From: Eledone cirrhosa
Lineage: Eukaryota
NCBI GenBank assembly: GCA_964016885.1
Contig: OZ024747.1
Location: forward strand, 86,986,001 to 87,050,000
Direction: 5' to 3'
Length of the DNA stretch: 64,000 bases
Numbering within the stretch: position 1 is the first letter of the stretch; the number at the start of each line of letters is the position of its first letter. Under the pieces are notes generated by a model. That model ran no database searches and was not told where the DNA came from. It saw only the letters and a list, made by a program, of their open reading frames with translations. Shown piece after piece: positions 41,778 to 54,094 of the stretch. The translations under genes and the position numbers were made by a program.

Positions 41778-42400
41778 ATGAAAATATTCAGGACCCCGAC
41801 GGCTGAGCTCCGGCCGTTTCGACAGATTTAATATAGAAATGCCTCGCGCGCACGCACACAAGCATGAACGCATGCATACATACATACATACATACATACA
41901 TACATACATGGTGGCTGCCAACTCGTTTTCGAGTACGGCCACTACTTTATATCCATGTAGGAGAACTCCTACCGATGCGCTGAACGTGTGTGACTTTTTA
42001 GTCCAGCCAGCGACTTGACAACTCTGGTACAAACACTACACCTGTGACAAATATTGACACATAGTGCTGGGCCCATGGTACCATGTGATGACAAGTGCAG
42101 AAAGATCTCCAGATATAAAGCAATGCCTGTGCCGTGAAGCTTTTATAGTGAGCAAAGGCACTGCACAAAGCCAGTCCCACTCTCTTAACCAAGATACATA
42201 CATACATACATACATACATACATACAGGAAAAGAGTCGAGACCCTGACGGCAGAGCTCAAGCCGTTTCGACGGCTATTTCTGTCCAGAAATACCCGTCAA
42301 AACGGCTTGGGCTCTGCCGTCGGGGTCCTGACTCTTTTCCTATTACCCAAAGTATCGTGTACTCTGGTGCGTTAATGTCCACCTGGTTCCTTACCTTCGT
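41778..42400. mobile_element. TA-flanked non-coding element with a 116-nt hairpin and an extra arm copy
   Basis: Hairpin 42226-42341; arm copy 41789-41825; 3' tail shared with 19070-19160. Confidence 0.7.
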
Positions 42401-42419
42401 TATATATATATATATATAA

Positions 42420-42452
<33 letters not shown>

Positions 42453-45400
42453 TGCTTCTGCTTATTCCGACTAGCATTTTTTACTCACAATCTATTGATT
42501 ATCTCAAGACTATAGAAGTCGAAACTGTTAACGAAGATACCATACGGTAGGAGTTAACCCACCAATACCAAATAATTGCGTAGTGAACTCCTTAACGATC
42601 ATCTTTGTACCTTTTAAAGATGTCTTTTTTTTAAACTGTTTTCATGGTTGCTCTCAATATAAATCAATTTTGTAAGGAAGTATGTTTAGCTCCAATTTAA
42701 TCCAGTTTGATTGTCTTATTTTCTATTATTTGTTAATTCCATTGTAATTGATTTTTAGGGGATGGGGGAGCATTGTTCAGTGTTTTTATTTAATTTGTTT
42801 GTTTACCTTTTGAATTTTATTTATTTATTTTTAAGAGTAATTTTCATTTTATTTATACATTTTTATGTGTATTTTTCATTTTATTTATTCCTTTTTCATT
42901 ATTGTTCTTACTCTCCCATTACCACCACTCTAACCTTTTCAGCGTTAAGTCTTAGTTTGAATTTTTCCCCATCTTTTCCTTTCCTCTTCAGTTTATCAGA
43001 AATAGACGAGTAAATTAACGACTCCTTACATAGAATATGAAAAATAGAAAAAGTCACCTACACGTTTTCTTAAAGGCATCAACAATGCTAGAGAAGAAAA
43101 GCGGTTCCAACTGTGAATAAAAAATCTAATCGCATACATTGTTGACTAAAAAGCTTACCGCCATGTCTTGGCGCCCTGTATATTAAGAGGCTTTCATTCC
43201 TTTGCATCACAACCTAACATCTTTTCTGAGAGGTAATTAAAACTATCTGATTAGAGCTTTCTTTGTGTATATGTATTGTCAGATCTAAATGGAGATAACA
43301 AGTACTATATTTTAATTGTTCTATTTTTTTCTACTTTAATTTTATTTAATTTAGAAACGACATTGTACCTGCTTCGCCAACGCCCTTCAGTAGTTATTGA
43401 AGTGCATTTGTCATTATTTAATTATAATTGGGTTTTGAAAATGTCTCGTATTCCTCGTGTTCTGGTACTTCATTTAATCGCACCTGATCAAAAAATAACC
43501 CTATATTTTAATTCTTCGTCATTATTAGGCAGTATTGGTAGAACGTCAGACACCATGATTTGCAGCATAGTTATGGCCCTTTACGTTCTGAGTTCAAATC
43601 CCGCCGAGGTTAACTTTGCCTTTCATCCTTACAGGGTTGATAAAATAAAGTAGCAGTAATGCACTGGGTAATTGCTGGCCTTGTGCCAAAAGTAGAAACA
43701 ATTATCATCTTTCTTCTTATTAATTCTTTGTTACAGCATACATCTTCAAAACTGCCAATTTTATTTCTCTTCATAATTGGTACCTTCGTCGCCATATTTG
43801 TTACGGTAATCTTCACAACACACGCAACTTTTTTCTCACACATTCTGTTCTTATCTAATCTTATTTCTTTCAGTTTTAACGTTATCATCTCTGAGTGATA
43901 GCATTAACATAGCGTGTTTCAGAATAAAGGCTGAAACCTATATGGTTATGAATATAATGAACACATATATAGTCGGTCAACCTAGAGTATTCTAGGTTCT
44001 GTTTATATGATATATATATAGGTTCACGTATGACTACACTGAATCACGCTGTATAAGCGCTGACTTTATTAATGTTAACCAATCAAGATTGCACTGTATG
44101 TAATATTATGAAAAACTATACGACTTTCAGGTTTTTCCTACTTCTGTATCTTGAGGTAAGTGTTGCTGATATTGGCTAAAATACATGTATACAGCACTCT
44201 TACACTGGCACTAAGATAAGTGATATGACCTATACAATACTCAAAGCGAGGCTGTGTATGTTAGTTACATATAAATATATTGTACAGGGGTCCATATACA
44301 ACTTCATTTATCTTTTTTAAACTATTTCTTTTTCGCCCACTTATTCCTGAGAATGTCATGGGGGAAGAGTCCTCAAATACTCCTTCCAGCGGATCCTATT
44401 AGAAGCAACCGTCTCCAACTGATCCGTGCAGCCATGAAGCACTGTGATTCTTTGTACCTGCTTGTATCGCAAATGCAAGACGGAGGACTTATTTCCAAGC
44501 CGAGCTTTGTAAGCCTCCTTCTTTTGATCGGATGACACCTTTGATTGAACGAAGGGGTCCTCCTGCCATCCGGCGCCACACCAGCCTATTCCGCCCGCAG
44601 AATTTACTGCGCTGAACAATCTCTACTCTGTCCCAACGTCCTCAGTTTTCTCAGGGAGTTCTCTGAATTTGGATGCAATATATCTGCATACCTGGTCCTG
44701 ACTTCCTTATCCACCAATACTTTTTACTTTATTCTATAGGTTGCCTCGGACCTGTCAGTTTTGTGAACTTCCTTGACTATAATTAGTCTCAAATTGCAGA
44801 TAACTAGATGATCAGTTGACAGCTCATCCCCTCTCTTAACACGGTAAACTACTGGGGAAAAGGAAATGGAGCAATGGGTGACATCTGTAGCTCTGAAGAA
44901 AACTCTCACAACTCAGTGATGTAGCTACGACGGGGCAAGAAAAGGCAGCCTCTACACTGATGACCTGACATGGAAAGGAGTGATTGAAAGGAATGTCGAT
45001 CCCGATCTAAATACGATTGGAGAGGCCTTATTAGACTTCTTTCTCGTAATGGACTCTATTATGAACACCTTCTTTCAGCACAGAGACATCTGTAAATATA
45101 CGTGATATAACGGGAATCATGGACAGAGATCAATAATTAATTTTGTTATTGTCTCTGATCTCCTTGATTCTGTGCTGGATGTTGTTTCTTCCTATTTTTT
45201 TTTTAAATATATTAACTCATTTTTTGTCAATCTAAATTTCGTTTATTACATTCAAATGTTAAGCGTCAGACAAAACATTGAAAGAACCTTCTAGTAACAT
45301 AGGCATTAGTTATTCAAGTTACTTTCTTCTCTTTGCTTATGGCAATTTATTAACAGCCGTTTTGGGTTAACACGGAAATGGTTTCATTCTAACAGAGGAG

Positions 45401-45919
45401 TAAATTAAAAAAAAAACGACCGTCATATTGGACCAGGAAAACCCTGTTTCAAATGGCGTTTGCAACTCCTGGTGAGAGAAAGGATTCGTACAAAGCCCGA
45501 TCAGACATCGAAACATATCCCGCCCGACTCTTTAACAAATTTACCAGTTCATCGCACCTGGACTGCTACGTTTTTTTAATCGGTACATAAAAGAGGACAG
45601 GCAAAGTTGATCCCAGTATCTTTGGAATTGATAATTCAGTGAACCGGAACAATTACCGAGGCATTTAATCCTCCTATTCGTTACTGTCATTTTAGCTAAC
45701 AGAAAGTCTTAAATATCTCTCTCTCTCTCTCTCACACACACTTTCCAGCATGATTGCCATTTTACAAATGCGCAACAGCTTTAATATAATAGATATGTAT
45801 AACTGAATTAAACAGTTAAGTTTCCTGCGATCAATAAATATAAATGTCGACGCTTTTTTTAAATGTTGGTAAAGAAACCATATATTATTTAGTCCGTCCA
45901 TAAAACAATGAGTAATATA

Positions 45920-45960
<41 letters not shown>

Positions 45961-45981
45961 CAGGAAAGAATTTGTTACCCC

Positions 45982-46031
<50 letters not shown>

Positions 46032-46741
46032 ATATAATATAATATGAGGAAATTATAAAAGAAACAAAAGTAGCATTGTTTGTATCATAAAATTATTATT
46101 GAAATAATGAATTATAGTATTTTTGCATGTAGAGAAAGATTTGGATTTTGTTGTGGTTCAAAATATAAATTTAAAAAAAGACGAGCTAAGGGGAGTGACT
46201 CTTTATAATCTAGTCAAATAAGTTCAAGGGAAATAACTGGTATGTACTATAAATTGGCTAAGAAATAGTGGTTGTTATGTATGTCTCTTTCATTTAATTA
46301 TTTGAAAATTCGTTGTTATTTCTAGTAGGTGCTTGTACTAAGTAGATTCCTCTTTTGTTTTCATGTGACAAGACTGTGTGAGCTGGACTTGTTGCATTAT
46401 AAGGATTCTTTCATTATATATTGATTTGAAGAAGATTCAGCTATTATTTGTAGCAGGCCGAACGTGCTGAGTAAACGCCATTTCCTTGTTCTCATATTAA
46501 GCAAATTCTCTAAATGGGACTGATCTGTTGTTTTATACGACTTCTATTATTTCCCTTTGTCTTTCTCTGTCATTCAATGATTTGGGGGGATATTTAACTG
46601 TTATTGCTAGCCGATCCAATATACCATACAGACACCCTTCCCTCGTTGTCACGTATGAGGTGGGAGCTTATCTATTTGTCCTCGTTAACCTGTGCTCCTG
46701 TCACCGTCTCATATTCAGAAACCGATTGGCAATATGGGCAT

Positions 46742-46813
46742 TTAAGCAATATTGCCGCTGGGCGATTAAGCAATATTGCCGCTGGGCGATTAAGCAATAT
46801 TGCCGCTGGGCGA
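46742..46813. repeat. Perfect 24-bp tandem triplication
   Basis: ttaagcaatattgccgctgggcga x3. Confidence 0.95.
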
Positions 46814-47529
46814 GATAAAAAAAAAAAAGAAGAAATTTAAGTCATAGCTGCTGCACAGAAATTGAAACGAAAATGGAACGCGTATTAGCTGAGCAGTGAG
46901 TCGTTTTTCTATACAAACACAATTTACCTGTAGTCTAATTCAAATTTAATAACTTTCAACTCATCCAGTTTCATCTGCGTAGAGTTTAGAACCAAAACAT
47001 AAAGAAGATACCTTGATGTACCGAGCAATTAATATTAAACGGTTTCAATATATGAAGATTTACTCTGACCACTGAATGAGTGGGACTAAGACCGGCAGCC
47101 ACCATAAATTATGAATACACTAGGCAATTGTCCAAAGGCCCATGCTAATCCATGGATGATGTGGTTATGTATGTTGAAGCCCCCAGTGCATTGCTTTACT
47201 CGAGCGCCTAAAATGCTGTTAAGACGACCTTACCACCAAGTAGCAACCATCAACCCTATCGAATACTTTATTTTAGCGCTCCGTCAAAACCAGATCTGTA
47301 CCCAGTTCGCTCTACGCTCTATTGCATAAGATGAGGGTTACCAGAAATAGATCTTGCTGGAATCTCTCAAGTGCCGCTCCGACGATGTCACGAAAAATTT
47401 GTCAGCACTAATGCAAGAATCTGTAACTTTAATATTTAGTAGAATTATGGGTCAAAACTTATTTATTATATACTCAATGTCCCATACTTCTTCGATTGTG
47501 CCAGCACTCGCTAGCTCCCACAACTGAGA

Positions 47530-47713
47530 GTATGTGCTCAGTACATTCTGTAAAATGGTTGGCGTTAGGGAGGGGGTATCAGCCAGCCGTAGAAACCTTA
47601 CCAGAATATGGAACGTATAAGCAAGCCGTAGTCTTTCGATCCATCTGTTCTCAGACCGCGCCAAACCATTCAACCCATGCAAACATGAAAAGTGGACATA
47701 AAAGATGATAATG
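47530..47713 (+). mobile_element. Diverged RTE-type 3' tail (SINE or old LINE end)
   Basis: tggttggcgttagg..cagccgtagaaac..aacccatgcaaacatg..tggacataaaagatgat resembles the 3' UTR of the 16020/54095 RTE. Confidence 0.6.
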
Positions 47714-48469
47714 CCAGTGATAAGTCGACGTCTGCTGCGGTTTTACTCACATACACAATATATAGTAAATAGCTTTAGTAAGCACTGCACATCACTTTTT
47801 TGCCGTTGATAATCATAGACAAACAGCATCATATAGATCATTGGTGCAATTGCCTATGGTTAACAGTCTTCGGTAACGAGGAATGGAAGTGACCAAGAGA
47901 TCAATTATTTCTTTAAACATTGGTATGAGGCATCGAATATTTAGGGTAGTGTATTGCGGGCCTTATCACCTCGCTACTGTTTCTTATCTACATCGTATCC
48001 TAGATCTCGCCCTAAATACTTCACAAACTCTTTCGTTGTCATAGAGTTCTCAATAGAGACCTCAATTTTATAGGGTATTGGTGAGTCACTCGCTTTCATA
48101 TTGTGTTTTATCTACTCCATACCCCAAATCTAGCACTAAATTCTTTCCACACTCTTTTGGTGTCATTAAGACGATTGACCTTATCACAAACGGTGCGAAA
48201 GAGGAGCAACTTGACAGCTGTGATATTTTATCATAAATTCTTTTCTGTGTCAGTTTTATTGTCCTACATAGATCTGAAACACGATATCATCACGTCTTTT
48301 GGCGGTGGGAATGAGTCACGTAAGACTTACAGGGGCCGGGTCAACAATTTAATTAAGCAAAAATTGACGCGGCAGTGGTCATCAACAACAGGTGAGTGTG
48401 TGTGGGGTGTGGGATACTCTCAAAAGAGATATTAGAGTACTTTCGATAGGTTTTAGCAAAGAAGTAGCG

Positions 48470-49100
48470 TTAGAAAAAAATAGAAAGAAGGGGAACTGGT
48501 AGCTAAATTAGACGAAGCAATTTGTAGTAGCATTGCAACTGACGTGCTAGCGGCGAGAATGGCATTAGACCATTTCTTCAATGCGAAACACGAAGGTTGC
48601 ATTGTCAGAGGTAAGGCGCGTTCTCTAAGAAACGAGTGAACCAAAGATGTTCGACAGGCCAGCGTGGAGGAGGCGCAACGAGGTAACAAAACCATAATTC
48701 GGTCCTTGACGGACCGAGACGGACGCGAGCTGAACGATTCTAGGCAGATGTGTGAGACCTTTCGCCAGCACTTTACTCGGCTGTTCGGGAGAAGTGACTG
48801 ACTTCATCCCTACCTCGACGGCCTACTGCATCTCTTGACGGCGGACACTGAGCGTTGCGAAAGGCCGATAACCTCAGTCGAGATTCGGGAGCCCTAGTCG
48901 GCTGCAATGGGCACAAGTCATCCGGTTTGGATGGTCTGCCTTGCGAGCTTTACGTAGATATGCCACACTTGTTCTCTGATCTAATCGAAGCGCTCTACTG
49001 CAACTGGCAGCAGAACGGGAGTATTCCCAGTTCTGTGACGCTGATAATGAAAGACGAGAACAAGAGGGTTAGGTTAGACAACTTCAGGCCCATAACTTCG
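48470..49100 (+). mobile_element. Degenerate L1/Tx1-like LINE ORF2 fragment
   Basis: KSSGLDGLPCELY..NWQQNGSIP..DNFRPIT with stops, frameshifts and deletions. Confidence 0.75.
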
Positions 49101-52100
49101 GCTATGCATAGAGTGATCCCCATCTTCGTCGCAGATTCTAGGATGTAATCCGGAGCAAAAGAATTGCTGACTGTCGCATCCAAGAGCAAACGGTATGATC
49201 AGCGGGATTCTTCGCACCGAACCTGCACAATCGGCTGGTTCCAGAAACGTGTCTTGGTTTTATAACCCCAGTTTTAATCTGTAACTTAGTTATTTCAGTG
49301 AATATTCGGTGCCATTTGATATATTACTTTCCTTGAGGTTCTCCAGTGTGTGTGTGTGTGTGCGCGTGAGACACACAGTGACAGACAGACAGACTGATAA
49401 TCATTATAAATATCATTTTGCCATGTTTATATCATTTTTAACAAGCAGCAGCTTGTTCTGTAAATTATTTTTCAGTCAAAAGCAGTGTGGCCTTGAATGC
49501 TAAAAAGAAGGGGAGGGGGGTATAAACTTGCAAAGCCTATAAAGGCATTATGTATGTTAGATAGATAGTTATATGTAATAGGAGTACATATCTATCATTT
49601 GTTACGCTTTCTCTCTGTCCATTTCGCTCCCTCTTACACACACTTATTCCATCTGTTTTGAATAATGTGCGAAAGTTTCTGTGACAACGTGTATGTACAT
49701 CGCATACGCATGCCCTCGTTTTCGTTGCATTATAAATACTGTGTCTGCTTTCGAGCCTAACGTGTAAGGAAACCAGCTGCGAGATTATACCGTGAACTAT
49801 TTTGTAGTGTGCTGTTCTTTTCACTCTTCTTTCCGAACTACAACACAACACATTCTACCTAGAGTGTGTGTTTATTGATATACACGCGTGTATAGAGAGT
49901 GTTCTTTACGGGCGGTATGTCATATTTTATTTCTTTTTTTTAACCAGTGAATATACCAGTAATTCCCAGCCTGGGATCAACAGACCTAGTTCTTGGGGAC
50001 CGTGAAATAAGTTCAAAATGTCAAGTAGTTTGTTAGAAATGAATAATGCACACAATATTATGTATCGCTTCTTCTCTAAATATAAACATTTAATTTTATT
50101 TTTAAATTATTCTCGTACTAGTACTATGGCAATGTGGGAAAGGATTAATTGTTACGTAGGAAATTTCATTTAAATAATAGGGGAAGTACTGGGAACTACT
50201 GGTATATACGCTTAATCAACAAATATATGTGTATAGACAGAAATATATGTATGCATATATATATATATATGCGTGTGTATGTGTGTGCGCGTATGTATAC
50301 CAAGCATGTTTTCTTCTTCGCCCAGATATTCCTGAGAGGGTCGTGGGGACAGAGTCCTCAAACACTCCTTCCAGCAGGTCCTGTCAGAAGCAATCGTCTC
50401 CAACTGACTCGGCTGGATCTCCAAGCATGACCAGCCAAGCTCATGGATGTTATCCAACCATCTTGCTCGGGGTCTGCCCCTGGATCTCTTGCCGACTGGT
50501 TTGGCACTTAAAATTGAAGATAACGAGTTTGTCTTTTACGCTTACCTCCCTTCTTTTGATTACTGAATGCTGAAGCTGGCGCATTACTGCAACAGCTTTT
50601 GCAATTATTGCACTTAATTTGGCCTCCTGCCTTCCATCACTCATGAACACGGCCCCGAGATACTTGAACTTCTCTACCTGCTTCAGTGGAACTCCATTTA
50701 CATGTAGCGTGTGTAACTGAATTCTTCTATTTTACTTGGCACTGCACAGGCTTCCTTGAGAAGACAACAACAAACACATATTCGCTCCGTACATGCTCGG
50801 TAGCCTTTCAGAGCTACCGAGCATGTTTTTCGTTGTAGAGTAGATGTAGCGATGGGAGTTGTTATGTGTTTGTTGTTGTTCATTTGAGGGTGGCAGAAGT
50901 TGTAGTAGTAAAGTTGTTGGATTGCTGGGTGATTATGAAAAAGTAAAATTTGTCCCATATATAAGCGCTGTGTGAAATGCCGATAAATAAACAAATGATC
51001 GCTTAAAGTATTTTATTAAGAAAATAGCTTACGTTAAAGATATGGTTGATAAAACAGGAAAACAACAAAGAACCGAATGCATTGTGTGTTATGTTTGTGT
51101 GTTTGGTTTGCATGAATGTAGTAGAATTATGACTAGATGCATTGAACTAACCTTTATCGAAGTAGTCCAACCCTATCGGCATGTATGTATGCATGCTATG
51201 TTTGGTCTTCATAACCTTAATGTATCGACATGTATGTATGCATGCTATCTTTGGCTAAGCGCTACATCTCTCTACTGCTTGAGCAACTCGTAATGTCCTT
51301 CTCTTCCGAGAAAACAGGGTGGAATGGATTTAAGAAAATGTTATCTCATTTAACACCAAGTTAGCGAGTTTCTCCAGTCTACAGACGCCAACCCGAGATA
51401 AAGAAAAACAATATATGTGGAAATTTCGCTGTATGTATGTATGCATGCATGCATAACCACGAGAACCTCCAGAGGTCGACTAATAAGGGGCTGTAGAGTT
51501 TTTCGCCCATTATTCCGATGCCTTTACCCGCCTTTTTGATTCGTTTTATATGATATTTGCCAAGCAGATCCTTTTTTAAAATTTATATATATGTATGTGT
51601 GCATGTGTGTGCGTGTGCATGTTTGTATATGTGTATACATATATTTATATAAACATCGTGTATACGTAGCCGATCTCTCGGTTTTTTACGCAGCGAGTCT
51701 CACCTGTTACCAGTCGGTGTTGTCAAAACTAATATTGCAGGTGAGTTCAGTGCAACGTCGTTTGGTGGTATGGAGTTGTGAATTTTTGTATAACTTTACT
51801 CATCAAAATAACTTTTAAAACATCATGTCAGCATCAATTAATATCTTGGCAACGATTCCCAGCTGACAACACCACTTGAAAGAGCATGCAATATGCCTAA
51901 GAGAGAAACATTTCTGAGCCAGTCTTTATTTGTTGAATCTCCATCAGTTCCGATGAAACCAGTTGTTTCACCAAAGGAATAGCTCGAACTTGAAATTAAC
52001 GTACAAATGACTGAGCATTCCCCCAACACGTGCACACTTAACTTAGTTTTCATGGAGATTTAGTGTGGCAGTATTTAATAAGACTAGGCTTATTATTGAA

Positions 52101-52771
52101 TTTACAGGAACAATTTATTTTTGCCCGCTGAGCGAACTAGAGCAACAAGAAATAAAGTGTCTTCCCCAAGGACACAACTTGCTGCCGGAAATCGAACTTA
52201 CTATCATGAGTCAACCACCCAAATCACTAAGTCTCGCGCTTTCAAAAGACCGATATATAACTAAATATGAGATTATAGGTAAAATCAGATTAGCTTAAAT
52301 ATTTCCTTTATTATAAACTGGAGGGAAACAGGCTCCGCTTAACTGAATTGCACAAGATCTCTGAATGAAAACGAGGCTTTGTCCTAGTGTCTCTAAGATC
52401 TTGTGGTTTGTGGAATCCAAGAATGGGCCTCTGTCGGTTTCGATGACGAATATTTCAGTTCTTCGATCGATGGAACAGTCTGCTCGTGGAATTAACGTGA
52501 AAACGGCAGCGCATTTCACAGTCACGTGTACCCTTAACGCCATTTTCATGGAGATTCAATGTGACATGGTTTGTGACAAGATTGAATCCTTTGAATTACA
52601 GGTACAGTTTCTGTCAATCCATGTTATGTTAAATAACTCCTGCCCCAAATGCCATACATTGGGGTCCTTATAATTGCGAACCGCACTTTTTCCCCGCTTT
52701 ACTATTTATGACCATTTGTACAAATTATCATATATTATGTTTCAGCTTGAGAATTTCAACCGAGTTCCAAA

Positions 52772-52962
52772 ATGGTCCGAAAGATCTGCGTCCTAGGAGC
52801 TGGAATTATTGGTCTCTACTCGGCTGTACGAATCCTTGAAGATTTGCCAAATGTTGATGTTACCGTTGTTGCTGAAACGTTCACTCCAAACAATACAACT
52901 GATGTGGCTGCTGGATTCTGGAGGCCTTATAAAATGGGGTCTACAAATCCAGCCCGAGTCAA
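52772..52962 (+). CDS. D-amino-acid oxidase / D-aspartate oxidase family, first coding exon
   Basis: [14 protein letters not shown] (FAD-binding GxGxxG), [16 protein letters not shown]; acceptor tttcag before 52746; donor AA|GTAAGG (phase 2). Confidence 0.9.
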
Positions 52963-54094
52963 GTAAGGGAGTTTAAACCTTCATTTTTGTTTCTTCTTTG
53001 TCTGCTTGGATAACATTACGTTTGAGAAAATGTGTATTTATAGCAGTGTCTATCAGTGACGTGTGAAGAGGCATGGCTTAGTGGTTAAGGTGTTTGGTTC
53101 ATGATCGTATCGCCATGAGTTCGAATCCTGGTGTTGCGTTCTTTTCTTGATCAAGACACTTTATTGCATGCTGCTCCAGTCCACTCTGATGGCAAAAATG
53201 GGCTGTACCAGTAATTTAAACAGCCAGCCATGTCACACTCCTAATAATTGTGTTTAGGATGCACGTGTCTATGGGATGCTCAGACACTTGCGCATTCATT
53301 TCACAAGCAATCTAATCCTTTAATCGAACGACTAGAAGACGCATCGTCAAATCTGATACATATCTATTCCATCCGTGGCACTCCAACATTAATTAACAGT
53401 TATGGTAAGCCAGAGGAAACTGTGTACTCCCTCGTGCCTTCGCCAGTGAGTGATCTCCCCTTCACACATGTCTTGTCTTACTTTTAACCATGCGTCCTGA
53501 ATTCTAAATAAAACTTTTCAAACGTTTTGTGGGGATTGGACCGTTCGTAAATGATAGATGGTTACTATACTAAATACATATTTGAAACAATTTTAATTTA
53601 TAGTAACTCGTTAAATACTTTAAGTGAATAATACTTCGTAAGATGAGTTAATGCGAATTGTGGTCTCTTTGTGACTAGTTGTCACTTACATAATACTCCT
53701 TCGCCTATTTGATTCTGTGTTCAGGACTTTAAAGATTTATTACTAAATCATTGTGTAATATTATTCAGATTATATATAAGCCCTCTGTTTTAGTTCATTC
53801 AACAGCCGCTTATCCAATCACATATCCATAGAGCTATGTATAGCTTGAATTCACGAAATACAGTCAATCCCATGAAGAAAAAATAGAAACAACTATGTCA
53901 CAAAAAAAAAAAAAAAATACGAGTTCACAAATTTGTTTTCCTGTTGATATTCAAACTTTTGATGTTATTTCTTTCATATTTGACGATGGTGGAACCCCGT
54001 GTAATTTAAAAAAAACTTATTGAACACTTGTAAGTTATCAAGTAAATGATATTTGGTATAAACAAAATAAAATGTACTTATATATATATATATA

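Noticed and set aside
53069-53140. tRNA-like sequences with A/B boxes (several places)
   Set aside because: No complete cloverleaf; they continue into SINE bodies.
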